Made by a program: the position numbers and the translations under genes
Part shown: positions 8,705 to 16,813 of the stretch, in pieces
How the letters are laid out: each line of letters begins with the position of its first letter
How positions within the stretch are numbered: position 1 is the first letter of the stretch
NCBI GenBank assembly: GCA_964608765.1
Contig: CAZSPD010000001.1
Location: forward strand, 70,912 to 134,911
DNA: 64,000 nt
Direction of reading: 5' to 3'
DNA from: Candidatus Woesearchaeota archaeon
GTDB taxonomy: Archaea; Nanobdellota; Nanobdellia; Pacearchaeales; GW2011-AR1
The notes under the pieces: generated by a model
Seen by the model: only the letters and a program-made list of their open reading frames with translations
The model's database searches: none
Told to the model about the DNA's origin: nothing

Positions 8705-9400
8705 TTATTTTCTCTTACCTGTTCTTCTTGGCCTTATTAATCCTACTTTTTTACCAGCAGGAGCATTTCTCTTTGCAATCTTACTTTTCACATTCTTTCC
8801 TCTTCCAGATCCGAAAGGATGGTCTATTGCATTCATTTTAACTGCACTTGTTCTAGGCCATAATTTGTTTTTAGCTTTTTTAATATGATAGTTTTTTCCA
8901 GCTTTCATAATTGGTTTTTCAAGTCTTCCATGTCCTGCAATTTTACCAATAACTGCTCTGCAATTAACATTAAATGCTCTTTCTTTTTTTGAAGGGAACA
9001 TAACTAAAACTTTATCCCCTATAATTCTTTCAACTACTGCACTATTCCCTCCAGCTTTCATGAATTTTCCTCCATCTCCTGGTCTTGATTCAATACAGTA
9101 AATTTCAGTTTTAATTGGTACTTTGCCTAGAGCAATAATATTTCCTGGTTTTACATCCTTATTAAATGATATCTCTTGTCCTTCAAACATTCCTTTGGAA
9201 GCAGGAATGTAAAAGTATTCTTTATTGTATGAGATTTTTGCTAAAGGTGCAGAGTGTGCAGATGAGTTTAGTATTTTAACCACTTTTCCATGTCCTTCAA
9301 GTTTTTTAGGATATCTAACTTTATATACAAATGCCTTTGATCTAACTCTATATGTCGGTCCTCCGCGTCCTCTTGCTTGTTGAATTATTCTTTTTGCCAT
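8705..9400 (-). CDS. rpl2: 50S ribosomal protein uL2
   Basis: GGNSAVVERI...MNAIDHPFGSGRGKN is the conserved uL2 C-terminal motif. Confidence 0.95.
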   Translation of the reverse strand: MAKRIIQQARGRGGPTYRVRSKAFVYKVRYPKKLEGHGKVVKILNSSAHSAPLAKISYNKEYFYIPASKGMFEGQEISFNKDVKPGNIIALGKVPIKTEIYCIESRPGDGGKFMKAGGNSAVVERIIGDKVLVMFPSKKERAFNVNCRAVIGKIAGHGRLEKPIMKAGKNYHIKKAKNKLWPRTSAVKMNAIDHPFGSGRGKNVKSKIAKRNAPAGKKVGLIRPRRTGKRK

Positions 9401-9404
9401 TTTA

Positions 9405-9647
9405 TTACATTAAACCTAATTTAGTTGCAAGATCAATTGCAAGATATTTTTTATTTAATTTAACATAAGCTATTTTCTTGTTGTTCTGAGAACTTGTCCT
9501 TATTTTGTCAACTTTGACATTGAATAGATTTTCTATTTCTTTTTTTATCTCAACTTTTGTAGAATTTTCATCTGTTAAGAAAGTTAGAACATTCTCACTT
9601 TCAACTTTCATTATTGCTTTTTCTGTTGCTATAGGTTGTAGTTTCAT
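9405..9647 (-). CDS. rpl23: 50S ribosomal protein uL23
   Basis: 80 aa, TEKAIMKVESENVLTFLTDENSTKVEIKKEIENLFNVKVDKIRT. Lies between uL4 and uL2. Confidence 0.9.
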   Translation of the reverse strand: MKLQPIATEKAIMKVESENVLTFLTDENSTKVEIKKEIENLFNVKVDKIRTSSQNNKKIAYVKLNKKYLAIDLATKLGLM

Positions 9648-10399
9648 TTTTTCTTTTCTCCTAATTTATTTTCAAGTTCTTTAACTGCACTTTCAGTATA
9701 AACTGCAACTCTTCCTAATCCTCCTTCAGCAAGATCCATAACACTTAATTCTGATGCTTGCTTCACGTCAAATAATCCTGTTTTTAATTTTTCATTTTCT
9801 CCTATTACAAATATCATTCCAGCATTTCTCTTGTATTTTCTTCCTCTCATTTTTCCTTTTCCAGCTCTTATTGATTTTTCTTTTATTGAAACAGAATATA
9901 AATTTCCTAAAATGTTTTTTAATTCATTAAGGAGTTCTTTTGTTTTCTTTTTAGTTAATTCTGAAGAAACAATAAAGGGAGCTTTTTTTTCAAGTTTGTC
10001 TATTGTAGAATATTTTTTAAGAATATGTTTTTCTGAGGCTGTCGCAGATATTGATGAGAGTAAAGCTATTTTAGATTCTTTTTTATTTACTTTCAAATCT
10101 CTTATAAATTGAGTTATTTTCGGAGGGTGAGCTCTCATACCTCCTTTAGCATGAGGCACTTCTGCAGCTTGCCAATTGAACTGAGAACCTCTTCTAGTAA
10201 ATACTTTTCTAGGAACTCTTGATTGCCCTCTTCCGTATCCACTTCTCCACACATGCCTTCTATGAACTATCAATCCCTTTGCTGAATGCTGTTTTCCTGC
10301 AACAGGTGAATTAGAGTATGGCTGTTGTTTTTTCTTTGTCTCAACATATCTTGCTACAATATCTTCCCTTATTTTATATTCAAATATTTTAGATTTCAT
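9644..10399 (-). CDS. rpl4: 50S ribosomal protein uL4
   Basis: HRRHVWRSGYGRGQSRVPRKVFTRRGSQFNWQAAEVPHAKGG is the archaeal uL4 signature. Confidence 0.93.
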   Translation of the reverse strand: MKSKIFEYKIREDIVARYVETKKKQQPYSNSPVAGKQHSAKGLIVHRRHVWRSGYGRGQSRVPRKVFTRRGSQFNWQAAEVPHAKGGMRAHPPKITQFIRDLKVNKKESKIALLSSISATASEKHILKKYSTIDKLEKKAPFIVSSELTKKKTKELLNELKNILGNLYSVSIKEKSIRAGKGKMRGRKYKRNAGMIFVIGENEKLKTGLFDVKQASELSVMDLAEGGLGRVAVYTESAVKELENKLGEKKK

Positions 10400-10401
10400 T
10401 T

Positions 10402-11355
10402 TTATCTTCTAACACCTCCAAACTCAAAGTTCTTTTTCTTTTGCATTTTACTTGGTCTCAAAGGAGAAGTTAGTAATATTTGTCTTTTTGCAGGTCCCTG
10501 AACACTTCCATACACTATAATGTAGTCGCTGTTAGTGTCTCCGTAATTTTTAATATTTTTTAACTTACCTTCAGAATCTTCTGATTTAGTTATTTGAAGT
10601 ATTTTTTGATTATAGTGAATTCGTGTAAACATTCCAAGTTGCCCAGCCATTGGGACTCTAAAAGTTACTCGTGCAGGGTGCCACGGACCAATACTCCCTA
10701 CTTTTCTTAATCCTTTTTCAGATTTATGAACCCTCAAAGTTATACCAAATCTTTTTACAGGACCAGAAAACCCTTTTCCTTTAGTTAAACCTCTAATATC
10801 AATTAATTCTCCTTGAGAAAATACTTCACTTATTTGAATTTCTTTATTTAAGTGAGATTTAATAAATTCTAATTTTTCTTCAATTGTCCCTACTAATCCT
10901 ATTTCAGTTAAATCAGGAGCTTTCTTTATTTTTGCTTTTTTAACTTGAGAATATGCAATTACACTTACATCATCACACTCCCCAGAATTTAAATTTTCAG
11001 GAATAGGTTTTCCTGATTTTGGAATCTTAACTACTCTTTTCAGTTCTTTATCAAGATGCTCTAAAAGAATATCTTTTGCAACTTTGCCATTTTTGTAAAA
11101 TCTTATTGAAAAAATCTTCATTGGAGGACACTCTATAACTGTAGAAGGAATAACTATTCTTTTATCTTTAGTCATAGAATTAGGGGTCATATCTTTAACT
11201 TCAACAGAAACCATTCCAGCTTTATAGCCTATAAATCCTTTTATGTTTTTGCCAGAATTAATACTTTTCCAGTTTACACTAGGTAAGAATTTACTGGCTC
11301 TTTTTCTCGGCCAGAATTGCAGACTTCCCTTTCTTGGTGATTTCGGCTGTGCCAT
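10402..11355 (-). CDS. rpl3: 50S ribosomal protein uL3 (first gene of the operon)
   Basis: PRKGSLQFWPRKRA...FIGYKAGMVSV...GKGFSGPVKRFG is archaeal uL3. Confidence 0.95.
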   Translation of the reverse strand: MAQPKSPRKGSLQFWPRKRASKFLPSVNWKSINSGKNIKGFIGYKAGMVSVEVKDMTPNSMTKDKRIVIPSTVIECPPMKIFSIRFYKNGKVAKDILLEHLDKELKRVVKIPKSGKPIPENLNSGECDDVSVIAYSQVKKAKIKKAPDLTEIGLVGTIEEKLEFIKSHLNKEIQISEVFSQGELIDIRGLTKGKGFSGPVKRFGITLRVHKSEKGLRKVGSIGPWHPARVTFRVPMAGQLGMFTRIHYNQKILQITKSEDSEGKLKNIKNYGDTNSDYIIVYGSVQGPAKRQILLTSPLRPSKMQKKKNFEFGGVRR

Positions 11356-11466
11356 TTCTTATATTTGTTAATAGTGCGGATATCATTTTATCCTACCCTG
11401 GAATAGTATTTCAAGAAAAAAGGGGTTTAAAAACCTTATTACACCTACTTTTCAATTTTTTCTAAC

Positions 11467-12174
11467 TTAAGCATTAAAATCTAAAACACTTTCTTTTTTT
11501 ACACTGTCTATTTCAGCTTTCCTGATTATTCTCCCAACTCTTTTAGACATCTCTCTAACAAGTGAAAAATCTTCAGAATTTTTTAATTCAGAAGGGATTT
11601 CTATTTTGTCAATTAAAAAAACATGGCTTATTTTAACTGTTTTAAATTCAGGCTCTTCAAAAATAAAATTTTCTGCAATAGCTTTATCTTTTGTTTTCAA
11701 TGTACAAAAATCAGCTTTTGGAACTTCTTCTCCTTTGCTTCCAGGTTTCCCAGATTTTGGAGCTTTAGGTTTTATTTTAAGTGTTTCTTCACCTACAGAA
11801 AAGCTTAATGCAAAAAAGTTTTTAGGGAATTTATCAATTAAACTTAAAATTTCTAAACCAGACATTTCCTTTTCAATAGAGTAATTTTTAACCCCTTGAA
11901 ATTGTGAGATTTTTTTAAACTCTAATATTCCTTTTAAGTCACTTGTACTAATTATCGAACCAGTTACTTTTGTCTTATTATTTCCAAGTTTTTGAGCGAG
12001 GATTTTGACAAGTTCATTGGCAAATTCAGCTGAGGTTTTTATCGTGTAATTTCCTTTTGAGTTTTTTGCTTCAATTATTGCTCTATTCCTAAACTCTCCT
12101 TTTGAAAATTTTTGAAACTGCAAGTGTACAGAATTGTCAAATCTTTTTTCTTGCACCTTTTTTATAAAATTCAT
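11467..12174 (-). CDS. hypothetical protein upstream of the ribosomal operon
   Basis: 235-aa clean ORF, same strand as rpl3. I recognise no motif. Confidence 0.5.
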   Translation of the reverse strand: MNFIKKVQEKRFDNSVHLQFQKFSKGEFRNRAIIEAKNSKGNYTIKTSAEFANELVKILAQKLGNNKTKVTGSIISTSDLKGILEFKKISQFQGVKNYSIEKEMSGLEILSLIDKFPKNFFALSFSVGEETLKIKPKAPKSGKPGSKGEEVPKADFCTLKTKDKAIAENFIFEEPEFKTVKISHVFLIDKIEIPSELKNSEDFSLVREMSKRVGRIIRKAEIDSVKKESVLDFNA

Positions 12175-12281
12175 AATTATCCTTCTTAAACTTAGTTTAT
12201 AAATTTTATTCTAAAAATAGTTTCCCTTCAATTAACTTTATAAATTCTAACTCTCTTTTTATAAAGGAGAAAAATACAGGC

Positions 12282-13322
12282 ATGGAAGAGGATTACACTA
12301 AGAAAATAATCACAGGGGGAATATTAATTTCCTTATTAGTTTTGTCTTTTTTTCTAATTAAGCCTCTGTTAATGTCGATAGTAGTTGGAATTATTTTAGC
12401 ATTTGTTTTCTCTCCAATATATAATTTTATTTTTAAACGCACTAAAAAGAAAAATTTATCCGGTATAATAGTTTGTTTAATCCTAATTGCAGTAGTTGTT
12501 ATCCCTCTTTGGTATTTAACTCCATTAGCAATAGAAGAATCAATTAAATTTTATATGAAATCTCAGGAGTGGGATTTTGTAACTCCCTTAAAATCATTTT
12601 TCCCTTCAATTTTCAATTCTGATGAATTCGCTCAAGAAATTGGTAGGACAATTAAAACTTTTGTATCTAAGACAGCCAATTCCATTATGAATTATTTTGC
12701 AGACGTAATTTTGAATTTTGCAACAATACTTTTGAAACTAGTAGTAGTGCTCTTTACATTCTTTTTTGTTTTGAGAGATAAAGAAAAGATGGGAGAATAC
12801 ATTAAGAGTTTACTCCCTTTTCCAAAGGAAATTGAAAAAAAACTATTTAAGTCATCTAAAGATTTAACTTTCTCAATACTTTATGGGCAAGTTTTAATTG
12901 GGATAGTAGAGGGAATTATAACAGGTGCAGGATTTTTTATATTTAAAGTTCCAGGAGCATTGCTTTTAACTGCTTTAGCTATGGTGTTTGGAATATTCCC
13001 TATTATTGGAACTTCAATTGTTTGGATACCAGTTGCAATTTACCTATTCTTACAAGGAACTCCTGTAAGTGCATTTGGTGTAATGTTATTAGGATTAATA
13101 GCCTCGTTCCTTGAATCTTTTGTTAAACCTTTATTTATTTCAAGGAGAACAAAAATGAACACTGCAACTATCTTATTTGGAATGGTAGGCGGATTTATGC
13201 TTTTCGGAATAATAGGGGTTGTAATAGGCCCATTGATTTTAGCTTATCTATTTATAATACTTGAAGCATATAGGCACAAAAAGGTCCCAGAAGGAATAAT
13301 CATACCCCCTAAAAAAGAATAA
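12282..13322 (+). CDS. AI-2E family transporter (PerM/UPF0118-like permease)
   Basis: 346 aa, about 7-8 hydrophobic segments. YGQVLIGIVEGIITGAGFFIFKVPGALLLTALAMVFGIFPIIGTSIVWIPVAIYLF resembles the PerM family core. Confidence 0.7.
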   Translation: MEEDYTKKIITGGILISLLVLSFFLIKPLLMSIVVGIILAFVFSPIYNFIFKRTKKKNLSGIIVCLILIAVVVIPLWYLTPLAIEESIKFYMKSQEWDFVTPLKSFFPSIFNSDEFAQEIGRTIKTFVSKTANSIMNYFADVILNFATILLKLVVVLFTFFFVLRDKEKMGEYIKSLLPFPKEIEKKLFKSSKDLTFSILYGQVLIGIVEGIITGAGFFIFKVPGALLLTALAMVFGIFPIIGTSIVWIPVAIYLFLQGTPVSAFGVMLLGLIASFLESFVKPLFISRRTKMNTATILFGMVGGFMLFGIIGVVIGPLILAYLFIILEAYRHKKVPEGIIIPPKKE

Positions 13323-13369
13323 TTATAAAAACTAATTTTCTGATATGTATTAGTGAGTGTTAAAAAGAG

Positions 13370-14857
13370 ATGCAATTGAAAACTCGTTTATTAAAGTGGT
13401 CAGCAGGTGTTCCTGTAGCAATGATAGGAGCAAAGACAGCAGAAGCCATGGGTATTCGTGAGAATGATAGAGTCTCAATTGAAAAATCTTCTTCAGTTGA
13501 CTGTGAAGTTTTCCTTACTGTTGTAAATGTGGTTCAAGGTTTAGTTAAAGAAGGGGAGATAGGAGTTTCTTCTGAAATTAAAGATACATTCCACTTAAAA
13601 GACAAACAATTAGTAGAAGTAAATATAGCAAATTCCCCCAAGAGCTTAGAATATATACGGAAGAAGATAGATAAGAAAAAACTGTCTAAAAAAGAGATTA
13701 AAGAAATAATTAGAGACATTGTCAATAATTCACTTTCTGAACCAGAAATTGCAATGTTTGTTTCAGGCATGTACGAGAATAAAATGACATTTAAAGAAAC
13801 AATACATCTAATAGAATCTTTTGTTGAGTCCGGAGAAAAATTATCCTTTAAAGGAAAATATATTGCAGATAAGCATTGTATTGGCGGAATACCTGGAAAC
13901 AGAACAACTCCTTTAGTTGTTTCAATTTGTGCTGCTGCTGGTTTAATTTTTCCTAAATCCTCTTCAAAAGCAATTACAAGCGCAGCTGGAACAGCAGATG
14001 TCATAGAGTCAATAGCAAAGATAGAATTCTCAAAGCAAGAATTAAAGGATATTATTAAAAAAACAGGGGCATTTATGATTTGGGGAGGTTCAATAGAGTT
14101 AGTACCTGCAGATTCTAAAATAATTAGAATAGAGAAAAAACTTAAGATAGACCCTCACGCTCAACTTCTAGCTTCTATAATGTCTAAAAAACTTGCAGTT
14201 GGAAGTAAATATATTCTTATAGATATTCCATATGGTAAAAATGCAAAAGTTAATTTAAAAGAAGGACTAGAGTTAAAAGGAGCTTTTGAAAAATATGGGA
14301 AACATTTTAAATTGCGTTTAAAAGCTGTTTTAACCCGAGGAGATGAGCCTATTGGAAACGGGGTTGGTCCTTTTTTAGAATTAATAGATATCATAAATGT
14401 TTTAAATCCCTCTGAAAAAGGTCCAGAAGACCTAAAAAAACGATCAATATTTTTAGCAGGGAATTTATTAGAACTTACAAAAAAAGCTAAGAAAGGACAA
14501 GGAGAAAAACTTGCTAAGGAAATACTAGAGTCTGGAAAAGCATTTGAAAAATTTAAAGAAATTATTTCTGCTCAAGGTGGAAATCTTAAAAAAATTAAAC
14601 TTGGAGAATTTAAAAAAGACATTGTAGCAAAAAGAAGTGGAGAGATTAAAGAAATAAATAATAAGAAAATAAATCTTCTCGCAAGGGTTTCTGGGTGTCC
14701 TGCAGATAAAGCAGCAGGATTATACTTACATTTCCATGTTGGAGAGAAATTCAAAAAAGGAGATAAGATATTAACGATTTATTCTGAATCTAAGCCTAGA
14801 TTAAAAGAAGCTCTAAAATATTATTGTTCTGAGAAGCCAATTGTATTTTCTAAATAA
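13370..14857 (+). CDS. deoA: AMP phosphorylase (archaeal thymidine-phosphorylase family, nucleoside phosphorylase II)
   Basis: 495 aa. Has the extra N-terminal domain (LKWSAGVPVAMIGAKTAEAMGIRENDRVSI) typical of archaeal AMP phosphorylase, plus glycosyl-transferase core motifs DKHCIGGIPGNRTTP and TSAAGTADV. Confidence 0.8.
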   Translation: MQLKTRLLKWSAGVPVAMIGAKTAEAMGIRENDRVSIEKSSSVDCEVFLTVVNVVQGLVKEGEIGVSSEIKDTFHLKDKQLVEVNIANSPKSLEYIRKKIDKKKLSKKEIKEIIRDIVNNSLSEPEIAMFVSGMYENKMTFKETIHLIESFVESGEKLSFKGKYIADKHCIGGIPGNRTTPLVVSICAAAGLIFPKSSSKAITSAAGTADVIESIAKIEFSKQELKDIIKKTGAFMIWGGSIELVPADSKIIRIEKKLKIDPHAQLLASIMSKKLAVGSKYILIDIPYGKNAKVNLKEGLELKGAFEKYGKHFKLRLKAVLTRGDEPIGNGVGPFLELIDIINVLNPSEKGPEDLKKRSIFLAGNLLELTKKAKKGQGEKLAKEILESGKAFEKFKEIISAQGGNLKKIKLGEFKKDIVAKRSGEIKEINNKKINLLARVSGCPADKAAGLYLHFHVGEKFKKGDKILTIYSESKPRLKEALKYYCSEKPIVFSK

Positions 14858-14891
14858 CAATTTTTTTAAACTTGAATATTTTTATTCTTAT

Positions 14892-15161
14892 ATGAGATCA
14901 GAAGAGTACAAGGAAAGATTAACAGAGTATTTTAAAAAAAATTTTAGAAAAGGGTATACTGAAGAATCTTTAAAATGGGCATTAGTTAATCAAGGATATT
15001 CTAGAGTTTTGATAGATGCATCATTGGAAAGAGCTCATAAAGAATTAGCAGAAGAAGCTCCAGTAATCAAAGAAAGACCTACTATTAAACACGAAATATT
15101 TGATGAGAACGATAAGCCAATTGAAATAAAAAAGCCTTGGTGGAAAAGAATATTTGGGTGA
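14892..15161 (+). CDS. hypothetical small protein
   Basis: ORF taken from ATG 14892 (MRSEEYKERLTEYFKK...). The upstream part of the track ORF overlaps the deoA 3' end and lacks an ATG. Confidence 0.4.
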   Translation: MRSEEYKERLTEYFKKNFRKGYTEESLKWALVNQGYSRVLIDASLERAHKELAEEAPVIKERPTIKHEIFDENDKPIEIKKPWWKRIFG

Positions 15162-15169
15162 TAGCAAGA

Positions 15170-15181
15170 TTTTTAATATAA
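15170..15181 (+). promoter_or_regulatory. TATA-like box (TTTTTAATATAA) upstream of tRNA-Ser
   Basis: Centre is ~27.5 nt upstream of tRNA position +1 (15203). AT-rich background makes chance matches common. Confidence 0.45.
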
Positions 15182-15202
15182 TGTTCAATTTTAATTCAGT
15201 AT

Positions 15203-15281
15203 GCCTCCGGCGCATAACGGTTTTGCACCTGCCTTGAGAGCAGGGCCTTCGGGCAACCCGGTTCGACTCCGGGCGGGGGCG
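15203..15281 (+). tRNA. tRNA-Ser (anticodon UGA), no intron, no encoded CCA
   Basis: Hand fold. Acceptor GCCTCCG/CGGGGGC (one G-U). Anticodon stem CCTGC/GCAGG with loop CTTGAGA. Long variable arm GCC-TTCG-GGC. T arm CCCGG-TTCGACT-CCGGG. Discriminator G. A GC-rich island in AT-rich DNA. Confidence 0.85.
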
Positions 15282-15317
15282 TTTAATTTTTAAACCATAT
15301 TTACGTAAAGTTAATTA

Positions 15318-16052
15318 ATGGATAAAAAGAGGGAGAAAAAAGGGAAGAAAAAGAATCACAATAAACTTATTTTAGGAATAATTATATTGATTGTATTTGG
15401 ATTTTTTATATACTCTTATTTTACTAAAGGTTTTCTTTATTCAATTGTAAACCTTGACCAAGAAAGTTTAATTGAAACACTTTCTTCACTAGGTCCATTT
15501 TCTTTTTTAGCATATATTTTATTAATTATTATTGGAATTATTTTTGCACCAATACATCCATTTATTTTTTATGTTACAGGAGGAATAGTTTTCGGACCTT
15601 ATATTTCATGGGCACTGACTTTAGTAGGAGTAGCAATAGGTTCATCGATTGCATTTAAACTTTCTCAAAAATATGGAAGAGAATTTGTAGACAAACACGT
15701 TTCAAAAAAACACACTGAGAGATTTGATAAAATATCTGAAAAATACGGTTCACTAGCAATTTTCTTATTAAGATTAAACCCATTAACCTCTTCTGATGTC
15801 TGGAGTTATATTGCAGGGTTAACAAAAATAAAATTTTGGAGATTCATAGTATATACTCTTTTAGGATTAGCTCCTGCAATATTTGTTCAAGTTTACTTTG
15901 GGAAAGAAATTGGAGATAACCCTGTTTTATTTAAGATATTTGTAGGCATTGCAATATTTTATCTTACTGCATTAGTGCTTGGATTATTGTATTTTTTCTT
16001 TGTAAAAAAGAAAAAAGGAAAAGAGAAAACAAAGAAGAAAAAAAATGAATAA
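15318..16052 (+). CDS. TVP38/TMEM64 (DedA/SNARE-associated, VTT-domain) membrane protein, copy 1
   Basis: 244 aa, multi-TM. APIHPFIFYVTGGIVFGPY...LRLNPLTSSDVWSYIAGLTKIKFWRF is the VTT-domain pattern. Confidence 0.75.
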   Translation: MDKKREKKGKKKNHNKLILGIIILIVFGFFIYSYFTKGFLYSIVNLDQESLIETLSSLGPFSFLAYILLIIIGIIFAPIHPFIFYVTGGIVFGPYISWALTLVGVAIGSSIAFKLSQKYGREFVDKHVSKKHTERFDKISEKYGSLAIFLLRLNPLTSSDVWSYIAGLTKIKFWRFIVYTLLGLAPAIFVQVYFGKEIGDNPVLFKIFVGIAIFYLTALVLGLLYFFFVKKKKGKEKTKKKKNE

Positions 16053-16087
16053 AGCACATTTATATAATTTGATTCTTATATTCTATA

Positions 16088-16813
16088 ATGATAAAACAAA
16101 AAAAAATTACTAAATTTTTTAAAGAAAATTGGGCAATCCTGTTAGTAATTTTAATCTTAACTGCAATAGTTATTTTTTCTTATTATTCAAAAGGTTTAAT
16201 TTATTTTATTTTTAATACTGACTCATACTCTGTTGCTGAATTTGTTGATTCTTATGGGGCATTTTCTTATCTAATATTTATGGGTTTAGTAATATTGGAA
16301 ATTGTTTTTGCACCAATACCTCCAATAGCACTTTATATTGCAGGAGGGATATTATTCGGGGCTTTTTTAGGGGGGGTGTTGGTTTTAATTGGAAATTTAA
16401 TTGGTTCATTCATTGCATTTGAATTAGCAAGGAGATTTGGAAGAAAATATGTTGAAAAGAAAGTAGATAAAAACACTAGAGGAAAGTTTGACAAGTTCTC
16501 AGAAAAGTATGGAGCATTTTCAATTTTCCTTTTAAGAATAAATCCTCTCACAACTTCGGATTTATTTAGTTATCTTGCAGGGTTAACCAAGATGAAAAGA
16601 AGTCATTTCCTTGTCGGAACTGTATTAGGATTAGCACCAATGATATTTGTTCACACTTATTTTGGAGACTTTTTTGTAAAAGATTATCCTGTATTGTATC
16701 TTGTACTTGTTTGGGTAAGTATAATTTATTTTATTGGATTTGTATATTTAATTTGGAGAGCTGCAAGAAAAACTAAAAAACAACTTAATCCAAAGCCTAA
16801 ATTAAAATCATAA
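16088..16813 (+). CDS. TVP38/TMEM64 (DedA/SNARE-associated, VTT-domain) membrane protein, copy 2
   Basis: 241 aa, clearly paralogous to the preceding gene (APIPPIALYIAGGILFGAF...LRINPLTTSDLFSYLAGLTKMKRSHF). Confidence 0.75.
   Translation: MIKQKKITKFFKENWAILLVILILTAIVIFSYYSKGLIYFIFNTDSYSVAEFVDSYGAFSYLIFMGLVILEIVFAPIPPIALYIAGGILFGAFLGGVLVLIGNLIGSFIAFELARRFGRKYVEKKVDKNTRGKFDKFSEKYGAFSIFLLRINPLTTSDLFSYLAGLTKMKRSHFLVGTVLGLAPMIFVHTYFGDFFVKDYPVLYLVLVWVSIIYFIGFVYLIWRAARKTKKQLNPKPKLKS

Noticed and set aside
13534-14004. 156-aa ORF antisense to the AMP phosphorylase gene (similar antisense ORFs occur at 24679-25278, 29643-29984, 33149-33907, 47004-49452)
   Set aside because: All lie fully inside strongly supported genes on the opposite strand and have low-complexity composition. 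They are treated as shadow ORFs.
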